63,647 nucleotides of DNA. It comes from Octopus bimaculoides (Eukaryota). Where the stretch lies: contig NC_068995.1 in NCBI RefSeq assembly GCF_001194135.2, positions 53,898,474 to 53,962,120 on the forward strand. Direction: 5' to 3'. The position numbers and the translations under genes were made by a program. Of this stretch, positions 1 to 12,984 are shown piece after piece. Under the pieces are notes generated by a model. It was given only the letters and a program-made list of their open reading frames with translations, did no database searches and was not told where the DNA came from. Every line of letters starts with the position of its first letter. Positions within the stretch are counted from its first letter, which is position 1.

Positions 1-35
<35 letters not shown>

Positions 36-185
36 CCTGGCTACACTAACATTGCGAATTAGCAACAATATTAGTTACAAGATCAATTTCTTGGTCTTAC
101 GCAATAGTTTGCATTTGTATGCGTAAATAATAAGGCACTAAAAGAGAATGACTCTCCCCAGACACAACAAAATATGCTATATTCT

Positions 186-410
186 ATTATTCTTTTACTT
201 GTTTTGGTAATTTGATTTCGGCCATGCTGGAGCACCGCTTTTTTTCGAGAAAATCGACACCAGGACGTATTATTTGTAAGCATAGTACTTATTCTATCGA
301 TCTCTTTTTTCCGAACCGTAAAAGTACAGGGACGTAAACACACGAGCATCGGTTATCAAGCGATATTGGTGGTGGGGGAAACACAAACACAAAAACATAC
401 ACACACACAC
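186..410 (-). mobile_element. SINE family C, 3' half
   Basis: Reads tcttttacttgttt...ggccatgctggagcaccgc...aaatcgacaccaggac...ccgaaccg...gacgtaaacac...catcggtt...caagcgat and ends in a CA run. I recognise it as the 3' half of an octopod SINE whose head appears at 60177 and 63485; the linkage is from recall. Confidence 0.6.
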
Positions 411-1407
411 ACATTATCAGGCATTGCACTCCATAGATCATGGGTGCACTTAATGAAACCTAACATTGAGAATTAGCAACAATAATAGTTACAAGATCAA
501 TTTCTTGGTCGAAAAGTTTTACGTAATAGATGGTATTTGTAAGCGTAAAGTCCATTCATATATTTCATAATACGAGAAATATTGGTATTAGAGTGTAGGA
601 GCCATTAGACGTCAGAATCAATAGGACAACGAACTCACCAAATACCTTGTGATCAAATTTCTCTTTCATCCTTATGTGTGAATGTATCGGGGTTTGTAAA
701 ATGTCGGACAGCCTAAGAACCTTGAGGCTGAGTACTTACTTTGTTCAAAACTTGAAGGTGTGTTGGTTATATAAAATAAGTACCATTCAGGTCGTTGAGG
801 TCACCGAAATCGAGAATACACTGGTTAAATTGTGTTGCTTTGTGCCTATGGGAAGAATCGATATTTGACTATTGAACCAAATAGTGACGGTAGCCATCTG
901 AAAAGTGAAGAAAAAGCATTAAAGTATAAAATATTTCTGTAACCTCCAGCTGTTTTCTACAATAGTAACTTGTTATTTCCTAACATTTACATAAATAATG
1001 CAATACTTTTATAAGATTTCTTTACTAACGCTTTCATTTTATTTGGCATGGTGTCATTCTTTTGACTATACTTCGATGGGCCAATAATTTTCAATCGTTC
1101 TCTCCTTACTTTTTCTGCACAATAATCTAATTAGTATGTTATTGAAAAAAAATACTACAGGACAGAAAGGAAGTATTATGAATTAATGAACATTCTCAAG
1201 GAAGCCCTGAAACTTTTCAGTCGATTCAGTGTGAAATAACTGGTCATGGTTACATGCAGTAAGATTGAATTGAATACAAGGTTCTTGCAGGAAATGAGAA
1301 CCATAATAGGAATTCCAGACTTCTCGGGTATGTTTTCTATAAAAATCATATTTTCTATGAAGAAAGTTGCCTGCCGAATGGACTAAAACGAAATTATCAA
1401 GAAGATT

Positions 1408-1636
1408 CACACACACACACACACGCACACACACACACACACACACACATACACACACACAAACACAATCACACACACACACACATACATACACACACAC
1501 ACACAATGACACACACACACACACACACATACACACAGATATATGTGTATATTTATATGTGTGTGTTTGTGTGTGTGTGTTTGCGTGTGTGTGTGTGTAT
1601 GTATGTATGTATGTATGTATGTATGTATGTATGTAT
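1408..1636. repeat. Compound microsatellite (CA)n / (TG)n / (TATG)n
   Basis: Directly visible. It is the source of several spurious HTHT/CVCV ORFs. Many similar tracts occur throughout the window. Confidence 0.95.
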
Positions 1637-3199
1637 GGAGAAAGTGCTTACTATTTATCAACCCTTTTCAATTCTATTCCTTATATACAGGGTTGCAGAA
1701 AAAAAAAATATCCCTTCTATAACAATATTGAATTAATATTTTCACATTTATGGTATATTTTCATATATTTAATGACAAATTAAAAGTTAAGACAACAGCT
1801 GTGTTAAGACTATGTACCTGCATTGGAATTCACGCATAGATATCAAGTACTAAAACTATATATATATAAGCAACCTGATATCAACATGTGATGCAGTACG
1901 ACCGTTTCAAGCGGCTCCGATATCGCTTTTTTTATAACTTCCTTTATTTTTCGAGAGAAAATATTCTTCTTATAGATAACATGTATGAAAAACATACCTT
2001 TGGGCTATGAATAACGTCATGGGACCGAGAACACAAGTCTTTCTGCGTTGTTCCTGGTCTCCCGTTACCAATACCTTCTGGTCTATCTGTCTGTCTGCCT
2101 ATCTGTCTGTCTGCGTATCTATTCGTCTGTCTCTCTTTCTGTCTATCTGTCTATTTATTTATATACATACACACATGCACATGCACACACGCTCACGCGT
2201 ACACAATACATACTTTAAAGAAAGAAAATGTAATATTTGTCACTGCTTTTCATCGACGTTATTAGAAAAAACAAGTTAAAGAAAGGTATTCGTAACGGAA
2301 TTTAAACTTCGATCTGTGTTTTTCCAATCATCACAAACAATCTATCTATCAGTAAGTTTAACTGCCTTCTCCTCAGAACGATACGTGGAAATTCATGAAA
2401 ATATTAATTTGCCTAACATCTAAACAGAAAGTGTAATGAACAATACCGGAGAACCAATGAATTCAGCGAAACTTACGAAATGTTGGAAGCATCTGAAGAA
2501 CGTAAAAAGAAAAGAATATCATTTTTAGTAACAATGTCTAATAAAGAATAAAAGAACAGTGAATTCTAAGAAATGTTGAGAACGAGAGGAGATGTACTGG
2601 AAACGGATTGTTTAACTGGACTAAACTAACAGAATTATTGTGAAATGAGGTGTGCAATAAAAGCGTTATCGGAATGCAGCAGGAAAAGGAAATTCTTCAC
2701 AATAACATGTAAATTATTGAATGAAAAAGCTAAATGGTACCGCTTTTTGTTCTTTTTTTTTGTTTTTTGGAATGATTCCACTTAACTGGAAATAATGATG
2801 TTTGGTAGTAATGGAAGCTAACAGCCCGCAGATAGAAAAGAAATGGAGAAGAAAAAACAAAATGTTCTGTGAAATATTCTCCTATCTGAAAGTGAAAATG
2901 AATACACCCTCATAAAAGCGATAATATACAAGAACGACCTCGAAGGACATGGACAACAGATTATTAGTGTCTATAAGAAAATAGAAAAAGAGTGAAGGTG
3001 GGGGGGGGGCATGAATGATGTTGATGAAGTGGATGATGACAATGATAATAACAACGATGACGACGGTGTTGATGATGATGATGATGATGATAGCAAATGA
3101 CAATGATGATGACGACGATGATTAAGATACAGGTACTGACGAAGATGATGATGGCAACTACAACAACAACAATAATAATAATAATAATAATAATAATCC

Positions 3200-3745
3200 T
3201 TTCTATTAAGGTACAAAGTCTGAAAATTTGGGAGTCGTTTACAGTGTTTCACTGGTACATAATTTACCGACCCTGAGAGCCTGAAAGGCAAAGTCGACCT
3301 CGGTGGAATTTGAATTCAGAATGTTTTTTTTAATATATATATATAAGGAGGAGACCCCTTTCGGCTATGAATGACCATGGGATTGCACCTAGAAAGTTTC
3401 CATCCGAGGCACAAGTCCGAGTCAAGTGGTTTGTGGAAGGCCAGCAGTCGCCCATGCATACCAGCCTCCCCTCTTCACACCACTGATGTTATCCAAGGGA
3501 AAGGCAAAGGTCGATATAGCTTGGCACCAGTGATGTCGCAACTCATTTCTACAACTGAGTTAACTGGAGCAACGTGAAATAAAGTGTCTTGCTCAAGAAC
3601 ACAACACGCAGCCCGGTTCGGGAATCGATCTCACAACCTCACGATCGTAAGCTCGACGCTCTAACTACTGAGCCATGCGCCTTTAGTCAGGATGTAGCGC
3701 CTGACGAAATACCGCTAAGCATTGCGTCCGGCGTTCTAATGATTC
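3200..3745 (-). mobile_element. tRNA-derived SINE family A copy split by a family B insertion
   Basis: The body (ccgaccctgagagcctgaaaggcaaagtcgacctcggtggaatttgaattcagaa) ends at about 3323. The head (gacgaaataccgctaagcattgcgtccggcgttctaatgattct) resumes at about 3699. Confidence 0.7.
3346..3683 (-). mobile_element. tRNA-derived SINE family B, near full length
   Basis: The minus strand begins ggcgcatggctcagtagttagagcg (A box 3664-3675). B box gagatcgattccc is at 3620-3632, followed by a CORE-like ttgagcaagacacttt segment. Confidence 0.8.
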
Positions 3746-3979
3746 TTATTTCTGTATTGCCCACAAAGGGCTAAACATAGAAGGAACACACAAGGACAGA
3801 CAAATATATCAAGCCGATTACATCGACCCCAGTGCGTAACTGGTACTTAATTTATCGACCCCGAAAGGATGAAAGGCAAAGTGGACCTCGGTGGAATTTG
3901 AACTCAGAACGTAAAGCCAGAATACATGCTGATAAGCATTTGGTTCGGCTTGCTAACTATTCTTCCAGCTCGCCGGCTT
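3746..3979 (-). mobile_element. tRNA-derived SINE family A
   Basis: Contains atcgaccccagtgcgtaactggtacttaatttatcgaccccgaaaggatgaaaggcaaagt...ggaatttgaactcagaacgtaa (minus-strand B box gagttcaaattcc). At least 10 homologous copies are in the window. Confidence 0.85.
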
Positions 3980-4203
3980 AACGAAAACGATAACAGCTAT
4001 AATAATAACAAAATACAAATAATAATAATAATAATAAGAAGAATAATTCTTTTCAATTATGGCGACCGAATCTAAAACAAGATAAAAATATGGTGAAATA
4101 TTCCGAGGAAATAAGAAGAATAACTAAAATAATTAGAAATAGACAAGGAGAAACGGTATGAAGAGAAAAAAAATAAGGTAATACCATTAGGATTAATAAT
4201 AGC

Positions 4204-4248
4204 GGAAGAAGAAGAAGAAGACGAAGAAGACGAAGAAGACGAAGAAGA
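4204..4248. repeat. (GAA)n with GAAGAAGAC 9-mer units
   Basis: Directly visible. Confidence 0.9.
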
Positions 4249-6189
4249 AATCCTACAACAGCAAGAAGGACAAAAAACAGAAACAACAGCTGAAAGCAAC
4301 TAAAAAGTGTCACAATAAAATAGTAGAGGTATTCATTTACACTTGCGTCAATAAACAGTGACTCACATTTTGGTTGTAAAATGCTAAAGAGATGGAATGT
4401 ATCTTGTCAATACATATGTATGACTGAAGTTTAAAAAAAAAGTCAGTCTTACGTCTAAGCAAAGATACGTACATACGTTCAGATATATATATCATATATG
4501 TGTGTGAGTGTATGTGTGTATGTATGTATATAACTTTTATAAGTGTCTGTATCTGCCATTTGCAAAGTTACGGCGATGAAAAGTTTCTTTTATATACAGT
4601 GTGAAGACTGAGTAGTAGGAACTTTTCCTCTCTCTGCTGGTCTCTTATCTTCCTGTAGTTAAACTCCTGTTAGAGTTATCTTTTAGAGAACGCATGTTAG
4701 AAGTACTACTGCTATAAACTACAGACGAATGATGCGGTAGAAAGAGTCGCCATCCCTCTCATGTGTGCATAAAAAAAAAGGAAAGAAGAAAAGAAAAACA
4801 AGCGAGAATTAAAAAAGAAGAAGTGAAAATGTTTTATTTCTAGTTGGATGGTTTCCAGCTTTATAGTTGAGTCCACAGCAGAAGAAGAGAAAAAAATCGA
4901 TGATATTGGAAGATAACCATAATAAGAATTATAATCTTCGTTATATTCCAGAAAGTAGTGGCAGGATTAGTTACGGTCTTACTTGCAGTAACAGCATCAG
5001 TAGCAGTTGTAGTTTAGTGTGTATTATGCAGACCAAGTCCGAGTGAGAATACAGCGTTTATTTATTATTTTTTCTCGCCTAAAGCTGGTTGATTGCAGTT
5101 TCAAATTCTACTGAGGTATTAAACATAGGATAAATAAAAATAATCGCATTGTTGATGCTTCAAGTATTGTTAATGTTTCAATAATTCTTAATAAGTTGAT
5201 TTTATCAATCTGTTCATGGGATAAGAATAAGAATTAAATATTAATCTGAAAATCTACTTAACTGAGAAATCTCTTTCCATTTACTGTATTCTAGTATTAT
5301 GAAACCGATAAAATAATAAACAAACTAATGAAAAGAGTCAAGAACAATATTAAAGGTAATATTATAATGTCCATGTTTATGGCTATTCTGATTAATTATT
5401 AACTGGAATGTTTCGAAATCATTGGTGAATTCAAATAACAAAATGCAGAGATCATGTGAATTAATTCTTCGAAACAATTTCGGTTCTTCCATTAAAACCA
5501 GATCAATTCATTCAGTATTGCTAATGTGAGGATATACACAGTCGAGCGACCTTCTAGAAATAGCAGTGGATAACTTACTCAAATTGTAAAACTGAACAGG
5601 AAAAAAGTGATAGTCATGGTTGAAATGTCTTTTACTATAAATCTCATAAATCATAGTTGAAATCTTGTTAAACAACAACATTTAAGAAATTTATAAACAT
5701 AATAAATTTCTATTTACATCTAGTACAAACATGTCAGCTTCTAGGTATATATAATTATATGAAGAAGAAATGCGCGGGACCGAAGGTCTCCAAGATGCTC
5801 TCCCGTTGGGTTGTGTTCGAACCAGTATTATAGAATGGACTAAAAGATTTTCAACGACATTTTAAAACTTCTAGTGAGATAAGAAAGGCAGGACACATGA
5901 TAGTATAAAGGGTTCTTCCACAGGTGAGAGAGAGAGAGGGAAGAAGTTGTACACAAAATATAGACGTGGAACAAAAGCTTGAAACTCCGCTAGAGGCAGC
6001 GACGGATCCGGTGGTAGTGTTAGACTAGGTGACAGATACATTCTACTAATGAGGTACTTATATAGTAGGAATATGAAATCAAAACGACAATGAGTTGGGG
6101 CAAAGACTGGTGTGATGTTCGAAAAGTTCCACCAACACCTCTTCCTCTAGTAACACTTTTTATTAGCATCGAAAAAAAATGAGCTCAGC

Positions 6190-6768
6190 AAGACAAAAGT
6201 GACTTCGGTAAGACTTGAACTGAAGCACCGGGGATCGGGTCATGCGGAGCGGTTTGCAGTCCGACGTTCTAATGACCGAGATTCGCCACCTGATCTGAAG
6301 CGTTTAATATTTGATCATGTGGTAAGTTCAATGAAATCGATACGAAAATACAGCATTTTTCTCGGCGTGCAAACGATTCTACCAGAGGATAAGTCGAGAT
6401 TGCATCGACTCCAGTACTCAACAGTTAATTATTTTATCGACTCCGTAAGGATGAAAGGCAAAATAGACTTTAAACAGAATTTAAACTCAGAACGTAAAGA
6501 CAGACGAAATACCGCTAAGCATTTTACACAGCGATATTCCTGTTCGCCGTCCTAATCAGTTAGAAAATATTTATTTCTTTATTGACCACAAGGGGCTAAA
6601 GATAGAGGGGACAAACAAAAGGATTAAGTCGATTACATCGACCCCAGTGCGTTACTAGTAATTATTTAAACGACCTCGGCGGAATTTGAATTCAGAACGT
6701 AAATGTAGACGAAATACAGCTACGCATTTTGCCCGAGGTGCTAACGACTCTGCCAGCTCACCAGCCTA
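6190..6768 (-). mobile_element. Cluster of 3-4 co-oriented family A SINE copies or fragments
   Basis: A diverged head at about 6190-6295, a head fragment at about 6330-6395, and copies at about 6395-6552 and 6568-6768. The copies share the gaaaggcaaa / gaactcagaacgtaa / gacgaaatac motifs. Confidence 0.75.
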
Positions 6769-7010
6769 CATCCGATAATAATTATTAACAAAGAAATTTA
6801 GTAACGTAGATTTGATCATACATGATTAGATCGGTAAATTATAGACACGATTTCAATACCAGACTGGTAAATATTTTTACATGCCATCTGGTTAATAAGT
6901 GATCCGTTTCACGTTTCTACATCCGTAGAAATGGATTGACATATTGTTCAAGTTCGCCGACTTCAACGCTTTATACTCATTTATACCAATCTTAATACTT
7001 ATTATAATTT

Positions 7011-7142
7011 TATATTTAAGAGATGAGGAATTATGTACATTATTTACATTATTTACAATATTTATACCAGCCGAACGTTGTGTCAACAACAAACAAGATA
7101 AGGACAAATATTCGTCGAATGTAAATAATGTAAATAATGTAC
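7011..7142. mobile_element. Penelope-like terminal repeat, inverted pair of fragments
   Basis: A minus-strand tail (7011-7057) and a plus-strand piece cagccgaacgttgtgtcaacaacaaacaag...gtaaataatgtac (7064-7142). A perfect 23-bp inverted repeat lies at 7035-7057 / 7120-7142. Same family as 8844, 37698, 41107 and 53911. Confidence 0.8.
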
Positions 7143-7312
7143 TTACTATAGTGTCAATTTATACATGTATCTACTTATATTGTTGCAACATAGTATAGTT
7201 CGAATAAATATTACTATCTGAAACCACATGCACGCATACACACATACACGTCGCATACACACTTGTATATTTTACGCACGCACGCATGTATATTTTAAAC
7301 ACATATACACAC

Positions 7313-7352
<40 letters not shown>

Positions 7353-7818
7353 TAGTGAGAGAGTGGGGGAGAGAGCGATACAGAGACTGGATTAGTCATA
7401 GTTTCTCACTAGACAAAGTTTCTCACAAAACTACATCATATGCCAGAAGTCCACTTCAGTGAGATCGAACACGTAATGGCATATTTAAGAGACGAAGCTA
7501 GTAACCACGCGCTATATATCCGTAGTTGTTGAATTATAAAAACCTCTCCATTATATTTCATGTTTAATATTTGATATATGATGCAATTATTTCAAAACAG
7601 AATCGTTAGAATGGGCGATTTTGCAGGTTGCTGGTCTGGTGGTTGAAGGACCGGAGGTAGTATCACGCCGGTTATTCTTGTGTTTACAGCGAATAAAATT
7701 TATTGCTTTTATAAGAAAAAGTAACAAAAAAAAACCCAAAAGGAAAAATAAGAATACATGACAAATAAAACAATGCACAACCAATTCATATTCTATCAAT
7801 GCATGTAAATATATATAT

Positions 7819-7891
<73 letters not shown>

Positions 7892-8678
7892 ATGTCTATA
7901 TATATATGTATACAATATATATATATATATACATATATAATATATATATTTACACATACATACATGCACACACATATATATATATACACGTATATATGTA
8001 TGCATTTATGTATGTAGATATGCATATTTACGCAAACAGATGTACATACTTAAGTACAAATTTATGTTTGTATAATGTATAGTCATGCGTTCTTAAGCAC
8101 GTACATACACAGACACACAGACACACAAACACACAGACACACAAACACACAGACACACAGACACACATATATGTATATATATATATATATGGAATAATTG
8201 CATAAGTGGGCCCATTTGAAAAGAGGGGTGCTCACATTAAAGAAGCAAAACAGTAGACAAAGCCGAGAAGTAGAACAAGAACAACACATCAAAGAAAAAC
8301 ATTAATACAGAAGGGAGAAGTACATTAATATGGTTTAAACGAATAGAAATAGAAAATGTAGACGAATGAAAAGTTACTGACAAGCCAAAAAAGCAGAATC
8401 AACGGCGGCAACGTTGCTGTTGATACTGCTACCGATAATACTTAGTAGTAGTAGCAGTAGTAACATTAGTTTTAGTGGTAGTTGTAGTAATTGTAATAAT
8501 CGATGGCAATAACAGAAGCGTTGAATTACAAGAAAAACTAGTAGAATACGTATTGTGTAGATGTAAATAAGTGTGCATCAATAACTACGGTTTGTGTCCG
8601 TAGTTCAAAGTCAGCCATTTTGTTTAGTAAAATGGTGATTGAAGTATATTTCTATCGCATCTCTAAGGAGCATTGAAT

Positions 8679-8846
8679 AGTGGTTTCAAATTCAAACGGA
8701 ACGCTAGCATTTTTAGCGGGTGGGGAACGTCAAATATATCTTAATTTATCAACTTAATTTATCAACTCCGAAAGGATGAAAGGCAAAGTCGACTTCGGTG
8801 GAATTTGAACTCAGAACGTAAAGACAAACGAAATACCGCTAAGCAT
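8679..8846 (-). mobile_element. Family A SINE, truncated by a PLE terminal repeat
   Basis: Contains ccgaaaggatgaaaggcaaagtcgacttcggtggaatttgaactcagaacgtaaagacaaacgaaataccgctaagcat. Has an internal 13-bp duplication cttaatttatcaa x2. Confidence 0.85.
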
Positions 8847-9026
8847 CGAAAAATACCTCAGGAATGAGAACCCAGGTTCGAAATTTCCACAAGACACCTG
8901 ATGAAACCTGGAGGGTATATCAGCCGAAACGTTGTGTAAACAACAAACAAGATGAGGACAAATATCCATCAAATGTAAATAATGTAAATAATGTACATAA
9001 TTCATCATCTCTCAAATATAGAATTG
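8844..9026 (+). mobile_element. Penelope-like terminal repeat (pseudo-LTR) copy
   Basis: Reads catcgaaaaatacctcaggaatgagaacccaggttcgaaatttcc...gaaacgttgtg...gatgaggacaaatatcc...aatatagaattg. It matches the sequence 3' of the GIY-YIG ORF at 53911-54000 (minus strand). Confidence 0.85.
8893..8937 (+). ncRNA. Minimal type-I hammerhead ribozyme motif, stem II degenerate
   Basis: GACAC-CTGATGA-A-ACCTG-gagggtatat-CAGCC-GAAAC-GTT-GTGT. The core is intact and stem I has 4 bp. Stem II is reduced to 3 bp. Confidence 0.65.
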
Positions 9027-9207
9027 AATTTCTGAAACTAAGCATTAAAAAAACGGATAGAGAACATCGGGCGCAGCCGAATGGACGTTGACGATTTGGC
9101 ACGAATAACTGGGCATTGAACCTGTTTTTACGACAATATGTTTTGGTGCTGGATAGGAACACATGATGCCAAGCACTTTGTCCGATGAAGTAACGATTCT
9201 GGCCTCA

Positions 9208-9984
9208 TATATGTATATATATTTATATACTATCTAATGGCCCTTTTCATCATCTGCATACATCACTAGCTATTTGCGCAGCTTCTCTTAGCTATCGCGG
9301 CTTGTCTCACAACGTTTCTATTACTGAGTCGACATCTCATTGAATGTCATTTGATTCTGAAAAACATAGAGAACAGCAACTGGTTTGGTAAACGAAACTA
9401 CTTTATACCTTTATACGTTATGCACGTTGGATCAATGAACACATGATTGAAAGCAGCGCAGCTCGTAAATTTTTCTTTTTATTCCAAGTGANNNNNNNNN
9501 NNNNNNNNNNNNNNNNNNNNNNNNNNNNNNNNNNNNNNNNNNNNNNNNNNNNNNNNNNNNNNNNNNNNNNNNNNNNNNNNNNNNNNNNNNNNNNNNNNNN
9601 NNNNNNNNNNNNNNNNNNNNNNNNNNNNNNNNNNNNNNNNNNNNNNNNNNNNNNNNNNNNNNNNTATATATATGTATATATGTATGTATGTATACAAGTG
9701 TATATGTATATATATTTATATACTATCTAATGGCCCTTTTCATCATCTGCATACATCACTAGCTATTTGCGCAGCTTCTCTTAGCTATCGCGGCTTGTCT
9801 CACAACGTTTCTATTACTGAGTCGACATCTCATTGAATGTCATTTGATTCTGAAAAACATAGAGAACAGCAACTGGTTTGGTAAACGAAACTACTTTATA
9901 CCTTTATACGTTATGCACGTTGGATCAATGAACACATGATTGAAAGCAGCGCAGCTCGTAAATTTTTCTTTTTATTCCAAGTGA
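9208..9984. other. 284-bp identical duplication flanking an N-gap (probable assembly overlap)
   Basis: 9208-9491 appears identical by eye to 9701-9984 (offset 493). The gap is 9492-9664. Confidence 0.85.
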
Positions 9985-12776
9985 CACTTGACTCTATTTC
10001 GCAAAGTGTTTGTGACGTTTCCAAAACATTGCTTCTGTTTTACTTTTACTTTTATTGCCATTCACTCAGGCATAATCTTCTCTCTAGAATTATAATTTTG
10101 TCTTTTTCATGTTATGTATGCGCTAAAATATCTTTTTTATTCAACTAGAACAAATCCGCTACCAGTCAGTCTTCGGGTGTTTTTGCTAGCATGAATTGCA
10201 AGGGAATCGTCTTCTATGTAGAAAAATACCTGACAGCTTTTGATTGACGCTTGGAATTGCACGACTTCGAAATGATCTGCAGTTTAATGTTTTACAGATT
10301 TCACAGCTTTGAAAGATTCATTTTGATAAAACGTAAGAAAAATATATTCTTAAGATGTTAAGATTCAGCTGTATATTATAGTAGAACCTTACTTATAAAC
10401 TAGGAACTGATCAGATTTTTCATTCAGAATGAAGTCATGGTTTGTTTTAACTACGCACAGACTTATTAATAATTTATACCCGACCGGTATGTATCAAATT
10501 TACAATATCCCATAACAGAGTGCCATTGCGTAGTGCCAAATTTTAGCACAATAGCCATCAGAGTAGAGGAGCATATTTAATAGCATTACTACTTTTACAT
10601 TAGGTAACAACAATGATAAGTTCATGGATGTTTGACACTCATTCACATCTGCAATTCGGTCATCTCTTAATCCGCTTGTTAGCCTTTTATCTTGCAGAAA
10701 GTCTTCTGCCATAGTTATGCAACGAACCTGCTCATCTGCACAGCAATTATGTTTTATGTGTGATAAGCCAGGGACAGTGGTTGTGTAATGTAGACAATAT
10801 ATTCTGTTTCATTTTTATTATGCCAATATATGAATGGATGTGTAAACTCTAGAGCGATTTACTCGTTTGTTTTGAGAGTTAGTTGACGTTGAGTCTGATA
10901 TTATATTTAAAAAAAAACGAGAAAGAAAGAAAAAACAAAATAATGGAAGTTGTAAGAATATTTTTTCTCAATTTTTACTGCAGTTCTGAGGTGTAATTTA
11001 AAAATCGAAATACAACTGATTTTTTAAACATTTTCTCTCAGATGTCACTCTGTCTCCGTCTTTCTTCCTATATCTGTCCTTCACTCACCCAAGACACCAA
11101 AAGAATATACATGCTTTCCTTGACGTCCATCGTACAAATAAACACCGATTATTCCCGTGCACAATCCGTCAGAATTCCATCAGAAAACACTATAATTTTC
11201 CAATAGTCATTGCCAATTTTCTATTTTGTAGTCAGCATGGAAGACATTTTTTCCCTGTCTACCTCGGAAACAACCATTTTCTTTCATATAACTACTCTCT
11301 TGTAGTCATTTGCGCTTTGTTCTGTGATGTAGTCTAACAGCAGGATATCTGTTTTCATTAAATTCACTTGTAATATCCCGTAATGTCTTTCTTTTGTTCG
11401 ATGTTTTGTGTATAATCAACTAGTTGCCATCCCTCCAGCTAATCTTGCTCGGGTGACCACATCGTTTCCTGGTTTTCAAATCATTGTCTGAGAAAATTTT
11501 CTTCTAAACGTAACTAATTGTAAATACTGGTATGAATAACAATTTTACCACACTGATCTTTTATTATATCGTTCTTTAAATTTGTTGTAAATCTTTATGT
11601 TGTATTCTTTTCTCACTCCCCGAGACAGGTCATTTAATTTTCTACCCAGCTGCCTGCTTCTATGTTACATCGTACTATCTAAACACAATAACAAATATAC
11701 TTATTTGTAGTTCTTGGTCTAAGAAATCTATAGCTTCTGTTGTTTTAGTTTCGGAAAGAGATCTAATACTATTGGATTTAATACTATTTATATAATATGA
11801 GTAATAATACAAATACGACAATTTTATCTGTCGCCTTGTCGCGTGAGGCAACAGAAGACCATGGAAGGTCATACCTCGGCAAATCATAAGTGTATGTGTG
11901 TATGTGTGTGCGAGTTTATGTGTTTGTGTGAGAGTGAATGAGTGAGTGCGTGTGTTCATATGTGTGTGTGTGTGTGTATATGCATACATACAAATTATGT
12001 AGCAAGAAAGAAATATATTCAGGGAAAATTTCAATCTATCTAGCTGTTTCCTGAACCATAATCTGCGGGAATGGTGAGAACCTGAAATTTCGAAGAAATA
12101 TCTTTTTCGTCCTCCATTACTTCTTTCAGCAACCTAATTGCATTGCAGTGAATGAAACATGTCCTAGGACTACGTGTATGAGGCACGAACACTCGTCTCA
12201 ATACTACCACCAGTGACCAAATAGTGACTGTTACTCTATATATCGGCGGAAGTGAGTTTTCTCCAGCATGCAGTCAGCAGAGGCCTACTGCTGATGAGGC
12301 GCAAAGACACAACAACATCACGCCATACATCAGTCCCAGCACCGGGGCCTGATATTTCTCTTTTGTTATCGATATCTCTGTTCTTATAGGCACTGGTACT
12401 CTGCTATACGAGAGATTTTCTCGGGACGAATTCTGCAGTATTTAGGGGCTTTAACATTCATTTTAAGAAGGATACAAAGACATATATANNNNNNNNNNNN
12501 NNNNNNNNNNNNNNNNNNNNNNNNNNNNNNNNNNNNNNNNNNNNNNNNNNNNNNNNNNNNNNNNNNNNNNNNNNNNNNNNNNNNNNNNNNNNNNNNNNNN
12601 NNNNNNNNNNNNNNNNNNNNNNNNNNNNNNNNNNNNNNNNNNNNNNNNNNNNNNNNNNNNNNNNNNNNNNNNNNNNNNNNNNNNNNNNNNNNNNNNNNNN
12701 NNNNNNNNNNNNNNNNNNNNNNNNNNNNNNNNNNNNNNNNNNNNNNNNNNNNNNATATATGTATATATATGTATAT

Positions 12777-12825
<49 letters not shown>

Positions 12826-12984
12826 GAGGGAGATTAAACTTACTTCGAAATGGATGTTTAAACTTTCGTTTTATTTAAATATTTTTATGAAATTCCTGTA
12901 ATTTCTGCTTCTCTATATTTGATTAAAGCATCGGATGCATTATGTTTGTGTGTGTGTGTTGTGTCTGCGTGTGTTTATGTTTAG

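Noticed and set aside
6199-6555. 118-aa ORF; also 3371..3577, 27123..27488 and 35927..36136
   Set aside because: They are incidental frames across SINE sequence.
10500-10790. ORF beginning MAEDFL, resembling a Helitron Rep-helicase motif
   Set aside because: The flanking residues do not fit the LW..../MxEDF context. Six residues are insufficient.
12291-12328. CTGATGA-GGCG...CGCC hammerhead-like motif
   Set aside because: ATAC follows stem II instead of GAAA, and there is no stem I or III.
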